A stretch of DNA of 64,000 nt from NCBI RefSeq assembly GCF_009834535.1, contig NC_045697.1, positions 68,574,001-68,638,000 of the forward strand, read 5' to 3'. This document shows, piece after piece, positions 53,233 to 64,000 of this stretch. The translations under genes and the position numbers were made by a program. The first letter of the stretch is position 1. The number at the start of each line of letters is the position of its first letter. The notes beneath the pieces are model-generated. The model was not told where the DNA came from. It saw only the letters and a list, made by a program, of their open reading frames with translations, and did no database searches. This DNA is from Camelus ferus. Its lineage: Eukaryota.

Positions 53233-53777
53233 GCCTCAGTCTTCTTCACCTGGGATAAAGTTTCAGAACTGCATCAGGCAAAGTCCTTTCCCCTGGAGAG
53301 CAGACCTTATTATGGGGAAGGCTCTGGGCTTGTTTCACAATGGTTACTCTCCTTGCTGGGCTGACAAGAGGATCTTTCTAGGATCCTTACCAGAAAAACC
53401 TAGTTGGAGTAAATTGGAGAGAAAGCCCATGAAAGTGTGGGGCCCCCTTAAGCCTGCAGCCCCCATAATTTTCTCATTTTTAGGCTATTCCACTCTCAGC
53501 CTCCAGCAGTTTCTTGAATTTTCCGTGTAAGTGTCCCTACCGGTTTATAGCTCCAGTGGCTTCTGCTGCTGGTAAGTAGATCTTGGTTCCTGAATCTCTC
53601 TGGATGTGTCTGTCTCTTCAGATTTCAGAGTGGTGGTTGTCCCTGCAACTTCAGTTTTTAGATGAGTCTGATGAGTCAGAAAAGTCATCAGTTTGCACTT
53701 TGTCCAGCTTTTTCTTGTTGTGAAGACAGGAGTGATGATTTCCAAGCTCTACACATATTAGAGCTGAAACCAGAACT
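53233..53777 (-). mobile_element. Ancient L1M 5'-end fossil
   Basis: tttgtccagctttttcttgttgtgaagacaggagtgatgatttccaagctc...gaaaccagaa resembles L1MC/MD 5' ends. Confidence 0.6.
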
Positions 53778-54749
53778 CTATGGATACTTTAAAAGTCTTT
53801 AAAATCTTTGTATGTTTCCTAGATTTTTCACTCTGGTTTCTAATAAATCTTTGATATTACTAAAATGTATTTTATAGTTTCAGTAGACTATTTTATCATA
53901 TATTGTTTTCCGGTCTGCTAATTCTCCTGTTGTTTACATATGTTTATTCTCTGTCATAGGGGTTTGTAATGTTTTATTGTTAGCTCATTTTCAGAGGTTA
54001 GGGAAGAAAAATCTTTTCAAAACTGAAAATAATCCTAGAGAAGTGGTGTGTTTGCTTTTACAAGATTCTAAGGTTTTCAAAATAATTCTTTATATCTATT
54101 TATTATCATTCCAAAAGGTAATAAAAAGTGAGCCCACACCTATGACAATGGGAGGCTTATGGTTCAGATTTCTTCTGTTCAATAGCCAGACACACACCAC
54201 CTCCAGCCTCAACATCACAGAGCCTGTAAATTTTGTGGGTTTATACAGACATTCTGAAATGTAATTGGTAGAAGCTGGGATTCATCTGCTTCAGTTTAAT
54301 TTAAAAATATCTAGGTGTTTCCTAATCATTGTTCTACGTGTTGCTTTATGGGATTTGTTATTATTGCTGCCCACTGCGTGCTTGTTTCTGTGTAATGTCG
54401 CAATGGTTACACTGTTTATACAATGCCAGAATTTCCCCAAGGCTATTCAAACCTTTCAAAAACACGTTTTAGGGCTGCATAATATGCCAGTGTTGTCATG
54501 TCATGTTTTACTTCTACATTTACTTTACATATATATATAATTTATATTGTTTTCAGTTTTTTACTTGTACGATAGATGATCAGACATAGAATTACTTAGC
54601 CAGAGGCAACCATATTTTGAATTTTTAAGAGGCCTGATTCATACTGCTCTTTTCATCATTGTGTATTTTTTGAACAAAAATTTTTTTGTTGACTTGATTG
54701 ATAGGTAATGTCATCTGCTTCTTTTAATGATTTTACTTTGATTACTAGT

Positions 54750-55237
54750 CTAGGGGAGTCTAAATTTTACCCTTACCCCATTAGAGTTCTTTACAACTGG
54801 GCCTTAGAATTAAATTGACTTAAGACAGATCAATAGAAAAAAAAATACAAGTTTTTTAATAAAGTTTTGTGTGACATGGGAGCCTTCGTAAGGAGTGAAG
54901 ACCCGAAGAAATAGTAAAACCTATAGGCTTTGATATTAGGCTGAACAAAGAGAAGCAACTGTGGAAAAGTAACAAGACTTTGTGGAGAAGCTAAAAGGGG
55001 TAGGAATGATGTTAACAAGGTCTGCTTGCGTAGAATTCTCATCCTTGATGATAGGGATGTTACTTTCCTCCCAGTATAGGGAAGACATCTTTCACATGGG
55101 AATTCATCTCCTGCTTTTACAAAAAAGAAGGAAAGTTTGAGTTTTTTGTATTTGCCATTTTGCAAGTGCCTTTAACTCAAAATAGTCAATATGCCAGAGT
55201 GGCATATTTTGGCATGACATGTTCTGACTGCCTTTAC
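54750..55237 (-). mobile_element. ERV1 solo LTR, MER34/MER39-like
   Basis: taaattgacttaagacagatcaatag; ctcaaaatagtcaatatgccagagtggcatattttgg is the reverse complement of a MER34-type 5' end. Confidence 0.75.
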
Positions 55238-58200
55238 TCATAGTGGAAATAACTTTTGTATTTTAACTCTTAGTGGAGAGATTAAAAGCATGTTCTCTCG
55301 AGCTATCTTTTCTAGATGTAGAGCCAGAGCTGCCTCTGCATACTTCTGTGAACAGGAATAGGTGATCGGTTTTCTTTTCCATTGACGGGAATGAGTAGTT
55401 CTTAGAAGAGAAGTGGGCACGTAGTAAATGACTCACATCTGTCAGATATCTGTGGTATTTCTTAACAGTAGTTTTCTACTACTTTCTGAGGATTTTAAAT
55501 GTTTATTTTTCGCATGAAAGTTTTTACTTTTTAGATGGATATGTCTATCACAAAAAGTCTTTTGTGGTGTTCTTCCATTTTATGGTTACATTATTTACAC
55601 CCTCCTAGAGTTTAAAAAATCATCCAAAAAGTATATGAACAACATAGTAAAAATGTTAGAATAAAAAAATGAATTACTTTAAATAAATAATAATGAGTAA
55701 AGAAGGAAACCAAAGATATTTTTTGGTGTCCGTTCTGAAGACTAGATCATAGATTATTCGATACCATAAATCATGCATTGAAGTGTGAAACGGGATTATC
55801 TATAAATTGAGAAAGTTACAGAGTTTGTTAAAGATATTTGCAATAGACTTTTTAGCACCCATGTTAGTATAGTCAAAACCCACAAATGTGTGAAGAAAAA
55901 AAAATAGTTAACATTTTGGTGACATTTTTTAAAAGTTCACAACATTCAAAAGAAATATTATAGCTGAGAAATGGAAAATGACTAAGTTATCTCCAGTATC
56001 TGAAAAAGGTCATGAGAATTGCATAGCCACTGAATTTAACCCCATCTTATGGGGAAGTATTAACCAGACAGTGCTTCAACATTACTGCAGATGGAAGTTA
56101 TAAGCCAGACTCACTGAATATACTCAAAATCTTCCAAAATAAACATTACTGGTTTTCATGGCAACTGTAAGAGATTTTTTTATTTTTAAATTAAAAATTT
56201 AAAAAGTATATGATTAAAAGAACACTAAGTATTTTAACCGGATAAAAGCATATAAATTCTCAATTATATACTACTATAATTACTTCTTTATTTATACAGA
56301 AAAAAATTCCCAAAGCATCATCATTCATTTACTAATGACAAAAGTAAAACAGAATCACCAGATGATGATTCATGAAAAGAAGTTTTCAACTTTAAAATAA
56401 ATCACATGTATAACATGTTTAGGAATTCATTTTACATTCATACGGTATTCATGTTATATGAACCACAGGGAATATGAATAATAATTTTAGAGCCTAGTGA
56501 AAGAATACCAGTCTGTTAGCCAATTATATTAAAAATGGAATTGGAGAGGGAAAAAACGAGAAAGCTGGTAAATAGGTTAAAATATTTAGACTGTTTTGGT
56601 GACTGGATCAGTAGATAAATGCAAACTCAGAGGAGACAAATTGTGCTCAAGGAACACTGCCAGGAACTCTACACTAAATAAAAGTCATTCTGTGGTTTAA
56701 ATAGGAATATGGCTGATGGAATTATTGAAACTGCTTTGCCGCTTTTTTCTTAAAGATAGAGCACTGTATACTGCAGTGAGAATGGATTCTCTACTTGGTA
56801 GGGCATCTGTCTGGAATACTGTAGACTACAGAGAATAAGCTTTATATTACCTCTAAAAGAAGAAAGTCAGGTGACAGCATATGTAAATTATTTTACTATA
56901 TATTCTCTTTAAGATAAATCCTGTGATTAAATTGTACTTTAACAGCCTATCGTCAATGTCTTGCATAAACAATGAAAACTAAAAGAAATGAATGTTTATG
57001 ACTCCAAGAAATTAGTGCATAAAATATTTCTGGTAAACTTTTTTCCTCATTTAATGATTTCTTTAAAAATCTGTGATAGTGACAAACTTGTGTATAGTCT
57101 TACTAATATTCGAAAGCAATAATGAAGAGTGATTTCTTTGGGTTTCAAATTCATATTTATGTCCAAACAAGTTTCGTTTTCTTTTGTTTTAATTAATCAC
57201 AGGTAAGCACTATGTTTTTCTTTTCTGATTGACCATCAGGAAAAAAGTAAAGCTCCAGTGACCTCTGTGCTATGTGGAAATGAGAACTTAATTGGATAGG
57301 TTGCTATAACTGAGGTCATCTAGAATGGGAGCTCTTAATCAGTCCTCTCTCCTTCCATGCTTTACAGCATTTTCTCTCTCAAATCCAAAATATATAACAT
57401 GCACTTCCATGTAAAGTTCTATATCTGGAGGCTTGGAGCTTTTTAGAAGGAAAGATTCTTAAAAGTGGTAATAAATAGTTCAAAGTTTCTCTGGAGGTGG
57501 CCATTATGAACCTAATCCCTAAACTACTAAATTTTTTCCTCTGCTCTATAAACACTATAGAGCAGCAAATCAGCTCCCTCCTGGTTGAACTGAATCCCAT
57601 TTCCTTCCCCTGAGGCAGAGAAAGTTCTTCCATGTCAAAAAGCCTTGCGGTAATTTGGCCCATGCAGTGGAGCTGGGGAATGAAGAAAAAGATATTTGAG
57701 AAATGTATTTTAGTTAGTCAGGCTGCTTTCAGATTCCTCACAGATAACTAAAAACTATAAACTCCCTTCTCTCTACCAACTAGCTTCTCTTTCCACACAA
57801 AAGCAAAAACTATAACAGAACTCAAAAACCACCTACAACCAAAGTTCAAAACATTCAAAACATTATGGTATTTTGGTCAGGCAATTAAACAAGCTGCCAT
57901 TTTTCTAGGAAACATGGGTCAGAAAAACAAAGATTAGAAATCATCCCACACAGCATGAAGCATTTTTTAAAAATCAGGCAAAATATATATATATAATCAT
58001 GATATTCAGGTAGTAGTATTAAAAATCCACCCGTTTATTGGCCTAACAGAGGGCTCATTTTTCTATAATAACAACCCAGTAACATTTATAAAATTTTAAA
58101 AATCCACATTAGTATGCTATAGTAAAAACTCAGTTCACTCTGAAGAATTTGGATTTGGAATTACTGTGGTCATTTGTCTTCTTTTGGAATAAAATGAAAT

Positions 58201-59579
58201 AAAACCTGAAAAGATATTATTGAATAAAGATAGTCTATAATAACATCTAGAAGAGAAAACTAACAGTTCGTTGGAAATACTGTGTGCGTTGCCTCATTAA
58301 ATATGGCCGTGGTATGGAGGAAGGAGTCCAACATAACAGGCAGGATGTTGCTATAATTCACCAATAGAGAAGAACAGTCGGAGAGCAGAATCGGGGAGGA
58401 AGATGCTAGGTTGAGTTCTGGACATTGGGAGTCTGCGATACTGAGGGAGGGAAGGCGATGAAGGCAGTAGGCAGCAGCATGCACAAGACAGGAGAGGTAG
58501 AATTGTTTCTGACCCATGACTACAAAGAAGACAAAAACCCAGAGATGCAGGCAAAACTAAATAGAAAGTCCAAGCTTAAAGAGCCAAAAAGGAAGACTGG
58601 AGAAATGGCACATAAAGACACAGACAGAGAAGAATAGAAGCTAAAAGAATCTCTTTGTCAGGGTGTCAGGAAGGCAAGAGGGAGTGCAAGTACCTAGAAC
58701 AGGTTTTATCACTCCTTGCTCACTTTTATGTGCTGGTCAGGGCGTTGTGAGGGAATGATCTAACAGAATTTAAAGGCCCAGTAACCAAATGGACAGACAG
58801 TTAAGGATATTCTATGTTGAGCATGCCTCATTTTTAGGAGCTATGGGTATACACAGAAATAGAAATTAACAGGTGAGTAAAAAATACTACATATTAGTGG
58901 ATTCTGTTAGAACAACTGTATTCAATAAGCTATGGTTATGGGAGTTTTCGGCTTATAAAATACATTTTCATTTTACAATATAAAATGAAAGTAAGATTGA
59001 GACAATTATTTTGTGATTTGGACCCAAGTCCTCTCTCAGGAGACAGAATTAACAATAAAATAAAATGTGGAGGCCATGAGATGAGGGAAATATTGTGGAC
59101 GAACTCTTTTAATGGAGCTACAACTGACTGAGATCTGAGGCACATCTGCTGTGCTGGTACGTGCTGCTTTGTCAAAGTTTTTTTTTACTACATATTCTCT
59201 TTGATTTATAATGTGGAAAAAATCTCATTATTTTGCAAAGGAGAATGATATTTCTATACATATATAAATAGTATTTAGTGTACAATCTGAAATATACACT
59301 TCTTAAAATTCATGATTTTATGGTACAAAATGCATCTTTATAGAATTTTCATACACTATTATGTCATGTAGAATATATTGATGACCATACAGTTTAAACT
59401 TTAGTCTCATTTATCTGAGGAAATGTCTCCTGATCATAGTCTCTAGTTGAAACAATGAAATGAAATAGCAATATTCATATTATTCAAATAATGTTATTCC
59501 TATTTCAGTGTTTCTCAAATATTTCTCCGAATGATGTAGCCATTGAAGTGATTCCTTAATATGGCATACATTTCATCCA

Positions 59580-59805
59580 CAGTGAAATACTAAAATACTG
59601 CCCTGGGGACCCACAGAGATTCTGAGACGGTACCTCAGGGACTCCTGGACGTAAGCTTTAGGGAGAAAGGAGGGCACATTAGGATAGCCACCCAGCCAGT
59701 CCCCACAACAGCTGCAATATTATCTGTTTATCCTATTTGGCTTCTTATTTAAAAATTCATTTGAAAACAATGTTTCACTGTTGGGGAAAAAAATGAAAAG
59801 TAATA
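59580..59805. mobile_element. Possible hAT-Charlie MITE (MER112-like)
   Basis: attcatttgaaaacaatgtttcactg...aaaaaaatgaaaag weakly resembles the MER112 end. Confidence 0.35.
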
Positions 59806-61573
59806 CTCCAAGAAGAGGTTCACAGCAGTTAAGGTTTAATACTGTAAATACAATACCACTCGAATTTGAAGAAAACATTTTCTGAGTGTTTACTGACTTA
59901 TCTAAGCACTGTTATTTCTTCAGTTTCACATATAATGCAAAACCAACTTTTATAAGGCAAGCAGATCTAAATGGTAAATAAAAAGCGTTCTTCCTTTTAA
60001 ACTCTCAAATTAGATATGCATAAAATATACATCATACAAAATTTCAAAATGGCTGAGAATATGTTTATATTGAGTGCATATAGTACTTCATAAAAGTCAA
60101 GCTATTTGGAATATATGTGAAGTCAAGTTACTTAATTCGATAAATGGCACAATAGAGGATAATGCATATTTAAGAGCACTTAGAAAACTATGTTACTGAA
60201 TTTTGAAACGGTTGAATTTGTTTATATTTAGTCTAAGGTTAACATTGGTTTTCCTTTTGAGACAGAATTGGAAATTCTATGAATTCTCTTGAGGATATTT
60301 TCTTTTTTAAGAACATATATTTTTGTGACTAAAGTAGATTTAACAGAAGAAAAATGTAGTTCATAATAACTACTAATTGCCACCCCCAAAACATCTATAC
60401 TCATACATATATCTACACACACAAACTATATATTCAAACACGCACAGATGCATACACACATTTGTTAACAGCAAAGATTAACTAGAGAAAGAGTGGTCTA
60501 AAACTGAGACAGGATAGAAGAAGCTAGAGGTCAGTAAATTCATTACCTAGACAAACTTTTTATTGAGATATAACTGACATTTAACATTATTTTAGTTTAG
60601 TTTCTTAACTAAAGTTGGGACATGGGAAAATGATGCTATAGTGGGGGTGACAATGGCAGAGAGAGGCACTATCACTGACATTTTTTAGAATTGCCAGCTC
60701 ATAGTGATGATAAAAATCCAACTGACTTTTAGTGGGTTTGATTATTGTTTTTAAATTTTCTACAATATACTTACTTATTGCTTGCATGTAGGACAAACGG
60801 TTCCTACCACCCCACCATTTAGTACACCAGGGACATGGGAGAAAGCCTTGCCAGTGGACCAGAAGATTTTACGATTTTTAGGGAAAAGCCTAAATTAATA
60901 TCATTTTCCTTTTTTATCTGATTTTTGGAATAAATGAAACAATTGCAGGTTTTGAAAGTTACTAAACCACTAACCCTCCCCCAGCAGGTAACAACTTTTC
61001 CATGTGAATCCATCTGTACTCTTCTCTGTGCTGAAAAAAATTATGCATATATAGATTTATCTCATAAATACATGGCATTATATAATACAATTCTTTAATA
61101 TGCTTGTTTATTTCATGCTGTATTATGGATATCTCTACAAGTCAATTAACAGAGCATTAGTTCACTGTCAATCGTATTCATTTTCTCTTTCAGCATAGTT
61201 TTCATAGATACAGTACTATCATTTATTCAAACCTTGTCTTTTGATAGACGTGAGGATTATTTTGACTGTGCTGCCTGTAAAAATACCGAATAACCATTTT
61301 CAGAAATAAATCCTTACATAAAATTTTATTTTTTAAGGATATTTTCTAAAACTGGATTTTGGTAGGGTAAATAAATACTGCTTTTCCAAAAAATGTTATA
61401 GCACTGGATGCTTTTATTCTTTCTTGTGCCACACATTTCGTGAAAACAGTAGCCCATTGTTTTGATTCATATTTCTCTATTAAGGAATTCGAATTTCTTA
61501 CTATGTTTATTGGTCATTTCCTTCCTCCATAGTAAACTTCATACTAATATAATTTCTCCTTTTATATTACGGG

Positions 61574-63975
61574 TTTTTTAAATTGATGTATAGTTAACAT
61601 ACAACATTGTCCTAGTTTCAAGTGTACAGAAAAGTGATCCAGGTATAAATATACATATATAATATTCTTTATATTCTTTTTCAGATTCTTTTCCATTATA
61701 GGTTATTATGAGACATCAAATATAATTCTCCATGGTGTACAGTAGGTCTTTGTTGTTTATTTTATATATAGTAGTGTGTATCTGTTAATCCTAAACTCCT
61801 AATTTCTCTCTCCCCTACCTTTCCCCTTTGGTAACCACAAGTTTGTTTTCTATGTTTGTGAATCTGTTTCTCTTTTGTAAATAAGCTCATTTGTATCACT
61901 TTTTTAGATTCCACATATAAGTGATTGTCTCTCTCTGTCTGACTTCACTTAGTATGATAATCTCTAGGTCCATCCATGTTGCAGCAAATGGCATCATTTT
62001 ATTCTGTTTATGGCTGAGTAACATTTCGTGTGTGTGTGTGTGTGTTTACCACATCTTCTTTACCCATTCATCCTGGCAGTGGACATTTAGGCTGCTTCCA
62101 TGACTTGTCCATTGTAAATAGTGCTACTATGAACATGGGGGTGCATGTATTTTTTCAGATTGGAGCTTTCATCTTTTCTGGATGTATGCCTAGGAGTAGG
62201 ATTGCTGGATCATATGGTAACTATTTTTAGTTTTTTAAGGAACCTCCATACTGTTCTCCATATGGCTGCACCAAACTACATTCCCAACAACATTTCTCCA
62301 TGCCCTCTCTGGCATTTATTATTGTAGACTTTTTGATGATGGCCATTCTGAGCAGTATGAAGTGGTACCTCATTGCAGTATTGATTTGCATTTCTCTAAT
62401 AATTAGCAATGTTGAGCATCTTTTCTTGTGCCTCTTGGCCATCTACATGTCTTCTTTGGAGAAATGTCTATTTAGGTCTTCTGCCCATTCTTTAATTTTT
62501 TTGATATTGAGCTGCATGAACTGTTAGTATATTTGGAAATTAGTCCCTTGTTGGTAACATTATTTGTAAATATCTTCTCCATTCCATAGGTTGCCTTTTC
62601 ATTTTATTTATGGTTTCCTTTGCTGTGCAAAAGATTTTGTTTTGTCCCATTTGTCCCATTTGTTTATTTTTGCTTTTATTTCCATGACTCTAGAAGACAT
62701 CAAAAAAAAAAAAAAATACTGCTGCAAATTATGTCGAAGAGTGTTCTGCCTATCTTTTCCTCTAGGAGTTTTAAAGTATCTGGTTTTACGTTTAGGTCTT
62801 TAATCCATTTTGAGTTTATTTTTGTATATGGTGGTAGAGAATGTTCTAATTTCATTGTTTTATACATAGCTGTCCAGTTTTCCCAGCACCACTTGTTTAA
62901 GAGACTGTCTTTTCTCCATTGTATATTCTTGCCTACTTTGTCACAGATTGACTGTAAGTGTGTGGATTTACTTCTGGAATTTCTATCCTGTTCCATTGAT
63001 CTATGCATCTGTTTTTGTGCCAGTACCAGACTGTTTTGATTACTGCAGCTTTGTAGTATAGTCTGAAGTCAGGGAGCATGATTCCTCCAGCTCTGTTCTT
63101 CTTTCTCAAGATTGCTTTGGCTCCTCAGGATCTTCTGTGTTTCTATACAAATTTTAAGATTATTTGTTCCAGTTCTGTGAAAAATGCCATTGGTAATTTG
63201 ATAGGGATTACACTGAACCTACAGACTGCTTTAGGTGGTATGGACATTTTAATAATATTGATTCTTCCAATCCAAAAACACAGTATATCTTTCCATCTGT
63301 TTCTGTCATCTTCAATTTCTTCCATCAGCATCTTACAGTTTTTTGGAGTTCAGGTCTTTTGCCTCCTTAGGTAGGTTTATTCCTAGGTATTTTATTCTTT
63401 TTGATGTGTTAGTAGATGGGATTGTTTCCTTAATCTCTCTTTCTGATATTCTGTTGTTAGTGTATAAAAATGCAATCGATTTCTGTATACTCCTTTTGTA
63501 TCCTGCAACTTTAACAAATTCACTGATAGGCTCTAGTAGTTTTCTGGTAGTGTCTTTGGGATCTTCTGTGTACAGTATCATGTCATCTGCAAACAGTGAC
63601 AGTTTTACTTCTTCCTTGCAATTTGGCTTCCTTTTATTTTAGTTTCTTGCTTTTTGTGGCTAGGACTTCCAAAATCACATTGAATGAAAGTGGCGAGAGT
63701 GGGCACTCTTGTCTTGTTCCTGATCTTGGAGGGAATGGTTTCAGCTTTCCACCACTGAGGATGATGTTAGCTGTGGATTTGTCATATATGGCCTTTATTA
63801 TGTTGAGGTATGTTTCCTCTATGCCCACTTTCGGGAGAGTTTTTATCATACACGGATGTTGAAATTTATCAAAAGCTTTTTCTGCATCTACAGAGATGAC
63901 CATATGGTTTTTATTCTTCAATTCTTTAGTGTGGTGTATCAAACTGATTGATTTGTGGATATTGAAAAATCTTTG
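61574..63975 (-). mobile_element. Truncated L1 (~2.4 kb, ORF2 RT to 3'UTR), similar to the 22.7-28.7 kb element
   Basis: Peptides [43 protein letters not shown] and [10 protein letters not shown]; 3'UTR closely similar to 22670-23000. Confidence 0.92.
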
Positions 63976-64000
63976 AGCTAAGATGGCAGCCACTAGCAGC

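Noticed and set aside
53147..53530. 127-aa plus-strand ORF
   Set aside because: Runs through A/T homopolymers and the antisense strand of an old L1 5' end.
63976..64000. Abrupt switch from L1 ORF2 to gagctaagatggcagcc (YY1-like motif)
   Set aside because: Only ~25 bp are visible at the window edge, too few to tell 5' truncation, inversion or a new element apart.

Overview
AT-rich, CpG-depleted mammalian genomic DNA, most likely camelid (camel/alpaca/llama). That call rests on two tRNA-derived Vic-1-type SINEs and camelid-type L1 3' tails; I saw no Alu, B1, Bov-A or PRE-1 elements. I cannot support any protein-coding gene, tRNA, rRNA or CRISPR array. The ORF track is explained by decayed L1 ORF1/ORF2 fragments and chance frames. 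The window is intergenic or deep-intronic sequence densely layered with transposon fossils: a ~6.05 kb near-full-length dead L1 (22664-28710, minus), many truncated L1s, L2/MIR/CR1 remnants, MaLR/ERVL/ERV1 solo LTRs and hAT/Tigger MITEs, several nested and several with visible target-site duplications (TSDs). The most unusual structure is a ~2.3 kb poly(A)-tailed, TSD-flanked block of foreign genomic-type sequence (41009-43321) that splits a younger L1 yet itself carries older repeats. It is a likely orphan 3' transduction or retrocopied unspliced RNA. Weaker signals are a 34-nt minus-strand exon candidate with stops in all three frames, a recursive-splice-like site, a 181-nt open plus-strand exon candidate and a 13-bp-period GATA cluster. 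Repeat family names come from recalled consensus motifs, not a database search. Boundaries without a stated TSD are approximate. I see no evidence for a novel multi-gene system.
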